Positions 1 to 10,091 of a DNA stretch of 64,000 nt are shown here, one piece after another. The stretch spans positions 5,686-69,685 of the forward strand of contig CAYYYP010000014.1 of assembly GCA_964475985.1 (NCBI GenBank). The letters run 5' to 3'. The position numbers and the translations under genes are program-made. Within the stretch, counting starts at the first letter, position 1. Each line of letters starts with the position of its first letter. This stretch comes from an uncultured Oligoflexia bacterium (lineage in GTDB: Bacteria; Bdellovibrionota; UBA1018; CAYHWW01). Under the pieces are notes generated by a model, which saw nothing but the letters and a program-made list of their open reading frames with translations, was not told the origin of the DNA and ran no database searches.

Positions 1-24
1 AAAAAGTGAGTTTTAAAAACCCCA

Positions 25-1680
25 TTATTTTGACTGAGGCATGATGGGAAGAGATTGAGGCTCCCCATTCTGGGCTCCCGGCATTGGCGCAGCGGGTTTC
101 GCGGCGGGAGAAGTACTAATGGATTTTTTCATCCAGCGATCGGTTTTGATGTCTAAGGCAGAGGAGTACGCAGGATCGATTTCCAGATACTCGCCCGCGG
201 TACCGGAAAGTCCCGGTGAAGAACCAGGCGTTGGCGCTAACAACGCGAACCACCTTGCATTAGGTGCGGGCGGCATCCCTGGCTTAGATGCAGGAGGTGT
301 GACTTTCATTCGAAAAAGCGCAAATGACCTCACGGATTTTCCGTCACCGTCATAGAAATCATACACCATGGTTTTTTCGGCAGGTCCGGGCAACTTTTTA
401 CCTAAGAATGACCTGATGCTCACGCCGCCTAAGGATGAAATGTGTTGATCAAACGATGCCGATTCAAAATCTTTGAACCTTAGATTTGGGTCAGTGCTTT
501 CCTTCCAGGCTTGGCCATTGTCCGAAAGAAATTCATAGGTATGCCCTTCTTTTACGAACTGGATCCGAGCTTTGCGAAAGTGCGATTTCTCGGCAATGCG
601 AAAAAGCTGTCGCAAACGAAAGTCGGCCGATTTTTTCTGAAGCTTCATCAATGTCGTGGTGTCGATCTTTGCAATGAAACTCGTAGTTGAGAGAGTGAGA
701 TACTGACTCGTAGGTTTTCGTTTGTCTTCCCAACCTAGGATATCAAGCGGAGGTTTTTGGTCCTTAGCCCCTTTGGTGGGTTGGAATACCAAGCGCACTT
801 GGACCGGCGGTTTTGCCGGAAGATCCAACATCTTTGCGTCCGTAGTTTTGTTATCCGATACGAAATCGTTGGCCTGGAGCGCGGAAAGTGAAGTGAGTTC
901 AGTATCTACAACATTGGGATCGGCCGGAATGTGGCCGGGCTCAATGAACCATTGACTTGAAGCTTGGGGGTCCGTGGAACGTACTACCTTGAAGGAACCG
1001 TCGGTGGCATTTGATTTGTATTCAAGGGCCGCGATTTCCGCTGAAGCGACATCCAAAAGTTTTTTATAACGCCAATAATTGGACTTTTTCTGGACGAGCT
1101 CAATGGTGTGTGGACTTAATAAATAAACACTATTTACCTTTAGGTTTGGTCCCGTGATTAATGTGTAAACTAGGTCACCAACGGAGGAACGTTCACCAAA
1201 ATAAAATACGTAAGGCGTAGTTTCGCCCTTGGTTTTGACTTCGACCGAAACATCCTTGCGTCGCTCCGGTTCAAGTCCGAATTCCTTTAAAGTCGCGTCA
1301 TCGACGCCGGTAATTTCAATTTTTTCGGTAGGCACCGTAGAGAACAAAGCACTGAGCGCGCCAGAAAAAGTACCTTCATCGGCCCTTGCTTTGAGGGGAT
1401 CCGTAAGGTTCCAGCGGCCAAGTACACCTTCAGCAAAACATTGATCTTCGCACTGAAACTGATTCAAAATCCCCATGCCTTTATTTTGAATCGTTACTGA
1501 AACAAGCGGAGCCTTAAGCAATGGCGCGTGCAGTTTCGTGAGATCACTCGCTTCTTTTTCCGCCACTGGTTTTCGTTTGTACTCATACCAAAGGGCCGCA
1601 CTGGCTCCGATGATGAGCAAAATCGCTAGGATCAAATTCGTCTTTAACGCATTCGACATGCGTGTCGTCTTGGGTGACAT
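25..1680 (-). CDS. DUF4340-like membrane-anchored protein, last gene of the GldG-type ABC operon
   Basis: N-terminal TM helix (LILAILLIIGASAALW) then a large soluble region. Sits immediately downstream of the GldG-like gene on the same strand, the arrangement typical of the ATPase-permease-GldG-DUF4340 operon. Confidence 0.5.
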   Translation of the reverse strand: MSPKTTRMSNALKTNLILAILLIIGASAALWYEYKRKPVAEKEASDLTKLHAPLLKAPLVSVTIQNKGMGILNQFQCEDQCFAEGVLGRWNLTDPLKARADEGTFSGALSALFSTVPTEKIEITGVDDATLKEFGLEPERRKDVSVEVKTKGETTPYVFYFGERSSVGDLVYTLITGPNLKVNSVYLLSPHTIELVQKKSNYWRYKKLLDVASAEIAALEYKSNATDGSFKVVRSTDPQASSQWFIEPGHIPADPNVVDTELTSLSALQANDFVSDNKTTDAKMLDLPAKPPVQVRLVFQPTKGAKDQKPPLDILGWEDKRKPTSQYLTLSTTSFIAKIDTTTLMKLQKKSADFRLRQLFRIAEKSHFRKARIQFVKEGHTYEFLSDNGQAWKESTDPNLRFKDFESASFDQHISSLGGVSIRSFLGKKLPGPAEKTMVYDFYDGDGKSVRSFALFRMKVTPPASKPGMPPAPNARWFALLAPTPGSSPGLSGTAGEYLEIDPAYSSALDIKTDRWMKKSISTSPAAKPAAPMPGAQNGEPQSLPIMPQSK

Positions 1681-1700
1681 AAAAAAATCTCCCCTAAATA

Positions 1701-3323
1701 TTAAAGTTTACGCCGCCTGATGTAGACGACAATGCCTGCCAGAAGTGAAAGCAAGGGAATGAAAAACCAGGTGAGTAGCTGGATGTAACGGCCCTCAACT
1801 TCGGAAATTGTAATGGCCTGGGAACCTTCTTCCTTTGCTCGAATGGAAATGAGGGAGTCATCACTGACGAGCCAGCTTAAGGAATTCAGGAAAAAATCCT
1901 GATTGAACGCATGCCGGGAAAATCCGTTGCTGGCTAATCCCGATGTTCCAATGACTACGATTTTGCTTTCCTGGGCAGCTTTGGAATTGGGTTTTTTCCC
2001 TTCAATGGCCACGGCCATATCGAGCGGCCCCTTCAAATCGCCGTTATCAAATTTTGCTTGGCCGGAAGCTAAACCACGAAGGTCCGTTTCGCCAAAGGCG
2101 TTGGGTGTACTTTTGGCGAGCCAAGTGACTTTCAAACCTTGGGCCGTTTCCTTTAGGAGTTCAATGCTAGAGGCCAAGGGGAAAAGTGCGATGACTTGGG
2201 ATGATGATTCCGTAAAATCTTTTGTGACCTTATGTTCACGATTGAAAGACGGAACCATGGGAACGCTGGCTTGAACTCCCATCATGCGGGAGAGTGGATC
2301 CACCACCAAGTTGCGCTGAACCTTTACGCCCCAGCTGGTTAAAATATCGTTGAGGGGACCTGAGTGATCTTCGCCCTGAAGGACAGGATCAAGCGCAATA
2401 AAAGCATGGCCCCCTTCATCTAGGTAAGTCTTAAGGGCTTCGGTTTCTTTTTCAAAGAACGCCCTTGAAGGCCCAAGAACTACAAGCACATCGCAAGTGG
2501 GTGGTACTTTTGTTTCTTCAAGCAAATTCACCAGCTTAATTTCCCAAGCGGAGTTGCTCATTTCTTTTTTTACGTTTGAGTATCCGCCTTCATCGGCCGC
2601 TTCAGGACTTTTTTCGCCATGGCCGGTCAAAAAACAAACGAGCTGATTTTTATCTTTGCTTAGTTTTACTAAAGCGTTGGTGAGTTTTTCTTCATTGGCT
2701 TCTTCAACGCGGGATTCTTTTTTGCCCTGTTCCAGCACGAGGGTGCCATAACGTTTGATATTCGCAGCTTTAGTGCGAGTGCGATCACGATCGGGATCCA
2801 CGTATTCAATGACGAATTTTTTTGAATGGTAATGGTATTGGTCCAGCAAAGACTTCACTTGATCGCGTTGCTGACCCTTCACATAGGCCGTAACCTTTAC
2901 TTCTGACTTAAGGTCTTTGAGGATTTTTATAGTTTGTTCACTGATGGACTGGCCACCGGACTTTGTGAGGTCCTTTCGGTAGTAATGATTGAAATTCAAA
3001 AAATTGATGACCACGACGATGCCTAAAACCAAGATCGTAGTAATGAGAGCATTGGTTCCATAACGTACGGAGCGAGTGCCTGCCGCAGCCCTTAACGCTT
3101 TTTGATTGCGGTAGGCGATGGCAACCATGACCACTAAAAGGGCAATGGCTAAAGCTAAAATACCTTTGGTCACTTCGGTGTAAACAAACGCTACGAAAAG
3201 CAAGGCCGCGGCAAGGATGCCCGCTAAAACTGTAAGGCCACGTGTGATGGCTAAATCTTTATTCGCCTCTTTCTGAATATCTTTTTGCATTCCAAATTCA
3301 CCATTCTCGTTCATTTTTGACAT
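1701..3323 (-). CDS. GldG-family ABC-transporter auxiliary component
   Basis: TM helices at both termini with a large periplasmic middle. Operon position after the ABC-2 permease. 4-bp spacing to neighbours. Confidence 0.6.
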   Translation of the reverse strand: MSKMNENGEFGMQKDIQKEANKDLAITRGLTVLAGILAAALLFVAFVYTEVTKGILALAIALLVVMVAIAYRNQKALRAAAGTRSVRYGTNALITTILVLGIVVVINFLNFNHYYRKDLTKSGGQSISEQTIKILKDLKSEVKVTAYVKGQQRDQVKSLLDQYHYHSKKFVIEYVDPDRDRTRTKAANIKRYGTLVLEQGKKESRVEEANEEKLTNALVKLSKDKNQLVCFLTGHGEKSPEAADEGGYSNVKKEMSNSAWEIKLVNLLEETKVPPTCDVLVVLGPSRAFFEKETEALKTYLDEGGHAFIALDPVLQGEDHSGPLNDILTSWGVKVQRNLVVDPLSRMMGVQASVPMVPSFNREHKVTKDFTESSSQVIALFPLASSIELLKETAQGLKVTWLAKSTPNAFGETDLRGLASGQAKFDNGDLKGPLDMAVAIEGKKPNSKAAQESKIVVIGTSGLASNGFSRHAFNQDFFLNSLSWLVSDDSLISIRAKEEGSQAITISEVEGRYIQLLTWFFIPLLSLLAGIVVYIRRRKL

Positions 3324-3326
3324 GAT

Positions 3327-4112
3327 CTACGCTCTCCAAGTGTGGGATTCGAGATGTTTATAGGTAAAAAACAGCGCTAATCCCGTGGCCGAGAAGTAAA
3401 AAACTAAGTCCTTCGTATTAAAGACACCCTTAGAAAAATCCTCAAAGTGATCAACGATGGACAGGTAAGAAAACACATCGGTCATGATGCCGCCCGCGCC
3501 ATTGCTATAGGACATCCATTTGATGACCCATAAAAAGAGCATGATGGCGAAGGTCAAAAAGCCCGCAACGATTTGATTTTCCGTAAAGGCGGAACATAAA
3601 ATTCCGACCGAAAGATAAACCGAAACCATGCAAATGGTACCAAGGTACGCAAGGCCAAGGACCGCCCAATCCGGCGATGCCGTGATGGCTAGCGCTAGAG
3701 GGTAAGGGGCCGTAACGGCAATGAGGACCAACATAAAACCAAGGGCCGAAAAAAACTTTCCTAAAACCATTTGGCCAATGGTGACGGGTGCCGTGAGCAG
3801 AAGCTCGATGGTATTATTTTTTCGCTCTTCCGCAATGAGCCGCATAGTGATGAAGGGTACTAAAAATAGAAAAATGACATTCATATTTCCAAACAACGGC
3901 CTAATGAGGGAATCCGTTAGATTGGGCCCTTTGCCTCCTCCACCAAACGCTCCGAACTGGGCGGACTGCGCAATATAAATACGGAGAATCGAAAAAAACA
4001 TGAAACCCATCACGAAGGAAAATCCGCCGATGAGAATAAAGGCGATGGGGGAAGTGAAATAAGTTTTCAAATCCTTTTTTGCGATGGTGAATATGGTGCT
4101 CAAATATTTCAT
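3327..4112 (-). CDS. ABC-2 family permease (GldF-like)
   Basis: Polytopic hydrophobic 261-aa protein. Overlaps the upstream ATPase stop (ATGA coupling). Confidence 0.65.
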   Translation of the reverse strand: MKYLSTIFTIAKKDLKTYFTSPIAFILIGGFSFVMGFMFFSILRIYIAQSAQFGAFGGGGKGPNLTDSLIRPLFGNMNVIFLFLVPFITMRLIAEERKNNTIELLLTAPVTIGQMVLGKFFSALGFMLVLIAVTAPYPLALAITASPDWAVLGLAYLGTICMVSVYLSVGILCSAFTENQIVAGFLTFAIMLFLWVIKWMSYSNGAGGIMTDVFSYLSIVDHFEDFSKGVFNTKDLVFYFSATGLALFFTYKHLESHTWRA

Positions 4113-5056
4113 AGATGCTTCTCCACGGTAGTCAGTTTCACGAACACGTCTTCAAGCGAGAGGACGTCCATACGAAGCTCAAGTAGCCCGTGGCCACCCT
4201 TCACTAAAACTTCCGCTAATTTCTCACGAACATCGCTGCCCTCTTTGAGGGTTACGGCGAAACGGGTGGCATCGCCCGTGAGGCCTGCACTGGAGCCTGG
4301 CATTACGGAAATGACATCGGGCAGGACCTTAAGGGCTTGTTCAACTCCGTCTTTGCGTCTGACTACGACGGATAGAGAACTGCCTTGTTTCAGCCTTGCT
4401 TGAACGCCATCTAAGGTATCCACCGCAACGATTTTTCCTTCGTTGATGATGAGCACGCGATGGCAAGTGGCCTGAACTTCCGGCAAAATGTGGGTACTCA
4501 GAATAACGGTGTGTTCGCCGGAAAAACTTTTGATGAGATCTCTGATTTCAATGATTTGTTTAGGGTCAAGGCCAACGGTGGGTTCGTCGAGAATAAGAAC
4601 GCTTGGATTGTGCACGATGGCTTGAGCAATTCCTACGCGCTGTCGGTAACCCTTTGATAGATTACCAATGAGCCTACCTCGCACTTGGCCAAGGCCGCAC
4701 TTTTCTAAGGCCGTATTAACGGCAGACTTAGCGGCGTTTCCTTTGATGCCATGGAGGGCGGCTTTAAAATTCAAGTAATCCTGCACTACCATTTCGCGAT
4801 ATACCGGCGGAGTTTCTGGTAAGTAGCCCACGTTTCTTTTGACATCGATGCTTTGTTCAAAAACATCGTAGCCGGCGACAGTGGCGGTACCTGCACTGGC
4901 AGGCATGAAGCAGGTCAAGATTTTCATGGTGGTGGATTTTCCCGCACCATTTGGACCTAAAAATCCTAGCACTTCGCCTTTATTGACGGAAAATGTAAGA
5001 TGATCGATGGCTTTTCGCGCCCCATAGAATTTGGACAGGCCTTGAACTTCAATCAT
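4109..5056 (-). CDS. ABC transporter ATP-binding protein (GldA-like)
   Basis: Walker A GPNGAGKST, ABC signature LSKGYRQRV, Walker B ILDEPT. Confidence 0.85.
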   Translation of the reverse strand: MIEVQGLSKFYGARKAIDHLTFSVNKGEVLGFLGPNGAGKSTTMKILTCFMPASAGTATVAGYDVFEQSIDVKRNVGYLPETPPVYREMVVQDYLNFKAALHGIKGNAAKSAVNTALEKCGLGQVRGRLIGNLSKGYRQRVGIAQAIVHNPSVLILDEPTVGLDPKQIIEIRDLIKSFSGEHTVILSTHILPEVQATCHRVLIINEGKIVAVDTLDGVQARLKQGSSLSVVVRRKDGVEQALKVLPDVISVMPGSSAGLTGDATRFAVTLKEGSDVREKLAEVLVKGGHGLLELRMDVLSLEDVFVKLTTVEKHL

Positions 5057-5209
5057 GAATCATAGACTCCTTGCAGGACCTCGGTATGAATTAAAACGAG
5101 CGATCACTGACCCCAGCGTTTTCTCGTTTTGGATGCATGCTCCAAAATTCAAAAGCTAGCGGGTCTTGTCAAGGCTCATCTAATTCCAAGTGGCATTGGC
5201 AAAGGGAGA

Positions 5210-7042
5210 TTAAGGTGAAGCACTGGGGGGAAGAAACGTTGGATCGTCGTGGGGATAAGCCGAGACGTCTGTACTCGAGACGGAATTCGGGGTGCTGTAG
5301 GCGCCTTCGAACGGGAAGATATAGAATTGCGAGGCGTGAACGTCGTCCCAGTACCCGGGACCCAGGGGACTTGCACGCGCTGCAATACGGGAACTGCGAT
5401 CCATAAAATAGGCCTGAGTAGCGGTTGCATTAAGGAACCAAGTTTTCGGTTGGAAACCATCAAGTGCCGGAAGGGCAGCTTCTGAAGGATAAGCAAAGGG
5501 AGCATCGGCCGCCGTAACTAACGTTCGGCTTGTAAGAATTGTCGCGGAGACAAGGCCTGGTCTTAAATCATAATGATTTATAATTACGGAGGTGAATGCG
5601 CCCGGCGCATTTTTTTCGGCCACATATAAATCTATGGGCTTAAAACACAGATACGAGTTGCCGCAGACCGGGTTGTGTTCAAACCGAATTCCAATTCCCA
5701 AAAAGGTATTTGCGAAGCCAATGGGCATGTTTAATGTTTCAGGTAAGCGTGCCGCGGCCGCATCACCGGTTGCGGTGCAGGTATTAGGTGAGCCAATACA
5801 ATTGGTTCCAACAGTTGGGGGTAAATTCTCATCTCCGACGTGAACCAAATTTATGGGCGTCGCTGGGTCTGCGTTGTCGATTGCTTTTGCGAGGTAAAGA
5901 CCACGATTATTGGGAGCAACCACCGCTGTCCGGGTAAGCTCATTCCACAACTCTGAGTAGGCTGGGGTATTTGAGGCGAATTCAAAAATGTGTCCGCCAC
6001 TATACGGCATTGTGCCTAAAAACATGGATCCTGCATCAATTCCTGGCATTTGGGAGCCATTAGGAAGATATGCCCCCGTAAGGTATCGAAAGGTTTGTCG
6101 TGATGGTTTCAAAACCACGGAACCCGAACAATGAAGATCACTCACAAGACTGCTCGTACGCTTGATTCCAAAAATTTCCGAACGCGCAGCGGGTGCGTCA
6201 AAATTATAAACTGCCGTGGCCGTAATCTTAATGGCGTCGGTGGCCCCTAAAAAGTCATAATTTTTAACCCACATAAAATTCGTAAACGGAAATAACGAGT
6301 CCCCCTCCCGCGGACAATCCGCATCCGGCGCCAGCGCGGTCGTGTATTTAACTTGGGTAATGCTCTGCACGCGTTGAATGTTCACATAAATTTGAAACCC
6401 GCTGCCTAATTTTGAGTTGTAGGATTGATCGGCACTGCAGGGGCACCCACTGCTAATTCCTCCGCATAACAAAGGGCTCGCACTGCAATTAGCAGAGGGA
6501 GTTTCGAAGGCACGCGGAGATGCGGTGGATAAGTTTGCGTGGGAACCAAACGCTTCTCTTGTTCCTAAAAACTGCGGTACCGGAGAAAATCTCGCGGGCC
6601 TTGGCGTGGCTGCACCAGAAAGCCGGTTCCGATCGGCAATGCAGTCAGGCGTCAGTGCATTGGTATCGGTATCTCGGCTATTGTAAATGGCCTTTGCGAA
6701 TTGAAACCCGTTGTTGGCGTAAAATCCGCTGTTATCATCGTTATGATTTAGAATGTATTGAATGTCGGTTTTGTTGCCGGCCGTTGCGTCGCCGCCGGGT
6801 TTAGTCTCAAAACTTACGCCCGTTTGGTAATAAGCAAGTTTATCCTGCACCGCTTTATTGCAGAGGTCCCGAAAGGACGTTCCAAGATTGGTGACCTTCA
6901 CGCGATAAAAAACGGGAAAAATAGCCATGCTTGCTAGCATGACCAAGGCGCCAGCAATCATGACTTCGATTAACGTTGCGCCTCGCAGCGCAGAGTTATG
7001 CCCTCGGAAAATTTCCGTAGGTTTCCCGTATGACGCGGTCAA
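5210..7042 (-). CDS. large prepilin-type N-terminal cleavage/methylation domain protein (type IV pilin-like, Cys-rich)
   Basis: Class III signal peptide ...RG/ATLIEVMIAGALVMLA with Glu at +5. 610 aa with many Cys and Gly/Asn/Thr-rich segments, consistent with an extracellular protein. Confidence 0.55.
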   Translation of the reverse strand: MTASYGKPTEIFRGHNSALRGATLIEVMIAGALVMLASMAIFPVFYRVKVTNLGTSFRDLCNKAVQDKLAYYQTGVSFETKPGGDATAGNKTDIQYILNHNDDNSGFYANNGFQFAKAIYNSRDTDTNALTPDCIADRNRLSGAATPRPARFSPVPQFLGTREAFGSHANLSTASPRAFETPSANCSASPLLCGGISSGCPCSADQSYNSKLGSGFQIYVNIQRVQSITQVKYTTALAPDADCPREGDSLFPFTNFMWVKNYDFLGATDAIKITATAVYNFDAPAARSEIFGIKRTSSLVSDLHCSGSVVLKPSRQTFRYLTGAYLPNGSQMPGIDAGSMFLGTMPYSGGHIFEFASNTPAYSELWNELTRTAVVAPNNRGLYLAKAIDNADPATPINLVHVGDENLPPTVGTNCIGSPNTCTATGDAAAARLPETLNMPIGFANTFLGIGIRFEHNPVCGNSYLCFKPIDLYVAEKNAPGAFTSVIINHYDLRPGLVSATILTSRTLVTAADAPFAYPSEAALPALDGFQPKTWFLNATATQAYFMDRSSRIAARASPLGPGYWDDVHASQFYIFPFEGAYSTPNSVSSTDVSAYPHDDPTFLPPSASP

Positions 7043-7084
7043 ATGAAAATTCCCCCATAGACGGTTTTAGTTTACCCTAATCCT

Positions 7085-8254
7085 ATGAGGAAGCCGAAAA
7101 ATTTTTGGTCAGGGGGCGTAACCTTAATTGAACTCCTGATATCCCTCGGAATCGCAAGCGGGCTGGCGTTAGTGATTGCTGCCCTGTCCGTGAAATTTAC
7201 GGAGCTGCAAAAAGTCGCCGAGCAAGAGGCGAATCAATTGGAAGACGTGGCACTGTTTACCAATGCCCTGCATCAGGCTATCGACCCTGCGGTTCAAATT
7301 TTATGTAATTGTGGTCGAATTATCGGCGGCACAATTAATACTGCATGCACGTTTGACCCGTCCGTAGTTCCGGGAAATGAAGACAAAGACGCGTGCGCCT
7401 ACTCCAGGAATTCCACCGATTATCCACAAAATTGTTATTCCGGCGGTGGTGTGCCTGAGTTCGTTGTCCTTGCGGGATTTGTGACGGAGACGAGCGATGA
7501 TCTTTTAACGGAGGGCGCAGGTCCGCAATGTTATCGTCCAAAAGTTTGGACCACGGCACTTCCCCGAAGACCACTTTGGGGATGCAAAAAAATATATCAA
7601 CTTCGCTACCGGCCCCCCAGGCCACGCAACGTTGGAGCTTTGGCCTCACAACCTGGCCTCATGGAGATTGTGGACGTTACCCGAACCGTGATGACCAATG
7701 GTTCACTTTCTGACGGCCTTGGGCAAATTCCGCTCAATCCAAGCTTGACGGGCAACATCGTGGCTCAGTTAAAAAATGTTTCCTACGCAAGGTGCGGGCT
7801 TACGCGGGATATGAAATTCAATAACGCCGCGGTGACGGAACGTCGGGCGAATAACGCAACCATGACAGGTTTTCGCATGCAGGTGAAACTCAAACAAACT
7901 TCGCGCATGCCACGAGAAGGCGAGGCCAGCGCCTCCTTTGGCGACACGACGTTTTATCCCTTAGACTCAGATTACGGAAAAATGTCGGCATTTTTTTATG
8001 AATTTGAAGAGGCATTCTCATTTAAAAATTTGGTGTATCGGGGCATCACTTTTTCCCAGACTAAATCTGAAGCCTGCATCAAGGATGGCCAGACCACTAC
8101 CCGGTGGTCGCAATGCTGCTCGTTAAACCTCGATCGGAATAATGATGCGATTTGTGCGAATTCAAACGAGAGCTGCATCAGTGCCGGAGATACTGCGACC
8201 GTCGCTGGACAATGTTGCTCAAAAATGATTTTGGGCTCGGGGCGTTGCCTATGA
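7085..8254 (+). CDS. prepilin-type pseudopilin (PilW-like size), Cys-rich
   Basis: Leader MRKPKNFWSGG/VTLIELLISLGI with Glu at +5. More than 20 Cys in the mature part. Stop overlaps the next gene start (ATGA). Confidence 0.55.
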   Translation: MRKPKNFWSGGVTLIELLISLGIASGLALVIAALSVKFTELQKVAEQEANQLEDVALFTNALHQAIDPAVQILCNCGRIIGGTINTACTFDPSVVPGNEDKDACAYSRNSTDYPQNCYSGGGVPEFVVLAGFVTETSDDLLTEGAGPQCYRPKVWTTALPRRPLWGCKKIYQLRYRPPRPRNVGALASQPGLMEIVDVTRTVMTNGSLSDGLGQIPLNPSLTGNIVAQLKNVSYARCGLTRDMKFNNAAVTERRANNATMTGFRMQVKLKQTSRMPREGEASASFGDTTFYPLDSDYGKMSAFFYEFEEAFSFKNLVYRGITFSQTKSEACIKDGQTTTRWSQCCSLNLDRNNDAICANSNESCISAGDTATVAGQCCSKMILGSGRCL

Positions 8255-9318
8255 AAAATTATTTTTCAAAACAATCGGGCCAAGCCACGATGCTTTTGGT
8301 GCTCATACTTTCGACTTCGGCCATGGGCCTTGCGTTTTACGCTTTGGACCGGGCAAACCTGGCCCGAAAAACCATGATTCGGCATAACCAAAAACGCCGG
8401 GCGCTACAGGCTTTGGAGAGCGGCATTGAAATTCTTCATCGCATCTACGAAGAGGACTCGGGCTGTGATCCTGGCCTGTTTCTCGCTAATCGTAAAATAC
8501 GTTCGTTTGAAACCGCGGTAGTGATTCCGGCCTTAATCGCTTTTCGAATAGACGTAAAATTGCCCCTCGGAAACTCCACCGGTACTGCATTGGGTTTTGA
8601 AAATTACCCGATTCAACTGGGACCCTTATCGGTTTTAGAAAATCTAGCCGTGCTTATTCCGGGTCCGCCCCAAAGGCAGTGGCGTCGCATTCTTTATTAC
8701 GACGATGCAAGTTCCCTTTCAAAAACCGCATTACAAAATGCAAGAAGGCCTGTGGAAAACAATCCCGTTTTTGATTTTGATCCCGTAAGTATTTCACCCT
8801 ACGCCTCCCCGCTCGGCCCAAGGGATATGACATTTGAAGCGTCGGTTCCGTATCCGCCGGAAACTCCGCAATTCGTAGTTCACCAGAACATTGTTTTTCA
8901 TAATACTTGCGTCGCTCCCACTTTGACATCCCAGCCAGCCGTGAAACTTACGAACTTTTATAGCGTGCCTAATTCTTGGCTCGGCATTGGGCCGTTGCCT
9001 CGGCAATGTTACGATGGCCCGCCTGCCCATGGCCTAGGTGCAATGATTGGCACTACAACTTTGACGCCGGCCGATATTGAAGCACTTCGTTATTCTTTAC
9101 GCCTGGGCATCGCCCTTGGAGATGTGCCCCATCCCTATGCCACTCTTGTTCATAGCGAATTTGATAACTGCGCTGACATCAATCGAGATGGCTTGCTTAC
9201 TGACTTGGATTTATCCCTGTTGGAGAAACTGCTCTCGGGTTACATTTCATTTATCCCGCCCGTTTACCCGGATTATCAAGATGGAAATTCGGCTCACCGA
9301 CTGACCACCGGGCCGTAA
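8251..9318 (+). CDS. PilX-N-like pilus assembly/minor pilin protein with C-terminal dockerin-like Ca-binding repeat
   Basis: ATG at 8251, internal to the listed ORF 8152. N-terminus QSGQATMLLVLILSTSAMGLAFYALDRANLARKTM resembles the PilX_N domain. C-terminus DINRDGLLTDLDLSLLEKLL matches the DxNxDGxxxxxD dockerin/EF-hand pattern. Confidence 0.5.
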   Translation: MKNYFSKQSGQATMLLVLILSTSAMGLAFYALDRANLARKTMIRHNQKRRALQALESGIEILHRIYEEDSGCDPGLFLANRKIRSFETAVVIPALIAFRIDVKLPLGNSTGTALGFENYPIQLGPLSVLENLAVLIPGPPQRQWRRILYYDDASSLSKTALQNARRPVENNPVFDFDPVSISPYASPLGPRDMTFEASVPYPPETPQFVVHQNIVFHNTCVAPTLTSQPAVKLTNFYSVPNSWLGIGPLPRQCYDGPPAHGLGAMIGTTTLTPADIEALRYSLRLGIALGDVPHPYATLVHSEFDNCADINRDGLLTDLDLSLLEKLLSGYISFIPPVYPDYQDGNSAHRLTTGP

Positions 9319-9321
9319 GCC

Positions 9322-10020
9322 CTAAATTTTAATTGCCGTGAAATTAAAAACGATGGCATGGGACTGCGCCTGTGCATTCGGAATCCGAACCCCCAAAGAT
9401 AGAGCAACATCGACTATGGGGTAAAATACCAGCCCAGGAATAAACCCACTTAACCCATGATTACCGGAAATCCATTCGGCGTTAAAATCCAATTTGTCCT
9501 TAACGATTTTAATTTCCGTTCCAAGCATTGCCCCCGCTTGATTATGCCAAGTTAAGAAAGCGGCATTGGCCCAATAGCCACCGACAATAAAACTGAATTT
9601 TTCATCCGGAGTTTTTAAATGATTCACAAAATAGTTAAACGAGGCCATGTGCCTTTGATCCGGTCCCAAAGCAACCGCGCCGGCTTGGGTTCCGATGCTT
9701 AAAGCCCACGGTCCATTATCAAACGCACGATATAAAACATTCACCGTGGCGAGCGCATTTTCCTCTGACACTTCTTCCTTTGTGAATTTTGCGACATTTA
9801 TATTCAGAAGGTTCAGGCCAATTTCGAATTTTTCTGCAACCCCATAATCAAAAGTAGAACTGCTCTGAGCCGCGTCATTGAAATTAAACTGTTCCTGGAA
9901 AAAAAACTTTCCTTTTTCAACCACGTCGCCCGTCGGAACATTAAATAGGTTCTGTTGGGAAAAAGCATTGGTGGAGCAAAATATCGCCGCCATGATCCAG
10001 AGATTTTTAAGTATTTGCAT
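9322..10020 (-). CDS. putative outer-membrane beta-barrel protein
   Basis: Signal peptide MQILKNLWIMAAIFCSTNAFSQQ. Alternating amphipathic beta-strand-like segments, Gly/aromatic rich, 232 aa. Confidence 0.4.
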   Translation of the reverse strand: MQILKNLWIMAAIFCSTNAFSQQNLFNVPTGDVVEKGKFFFQEQFNFNDAAQSSSTFDYGVAEKFEIGLNLLNINVAKFTKEEVSEENALATVNVLYRAFDNGPWALSIGTQAGAVALGPDQRHMASFNYFVNHLKTPDEKFSFIVGGYWANAAFLTWHNQAGAMLGTEIKIVKDKLDFNAEWISGNHGLSGFIPGLVFYPIVDVALSLGVRIPNAQAQSHAIVFNFTAIKI

Positions 10021-10091
10021 GGCGCAAGACTATAGCGCGGGACGCAATAAAACATCGAAAAACCGCATAGCAGCCATTAAAAATGGAAAAC

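Noticed and set aside
119-355. Numerous 60-120-aa ORFs antisense to or nested within long genes, for example 119-355, 486-677, 16223-16540, 20362-20589, 41596-42030, 52274-52615.
   Set aside because: They lie fully inside well-supported longer genes on the opposite strand or in another frame, have no RBS, and have biased low-complexity composition. They are treated as six-frame noise.
5092-5129. Hairpin aaaacgag...ctcgtttt between the ABC ATPase start and the pilin gene end.
   Set aside because: No adjacent T tract for either strand. It could be incidental, and no claim was made.
8152-8250. Upstream extension of the PilX-like ORF (the listed ORF starts at 8152).
   Set aside because: The extension lies entirely inside the preceding pseudopilin gene in another frame. 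The ATG at 8251, with its ATGA overlap and a hydrophobic pilin-like N-terminus, is the credible start.
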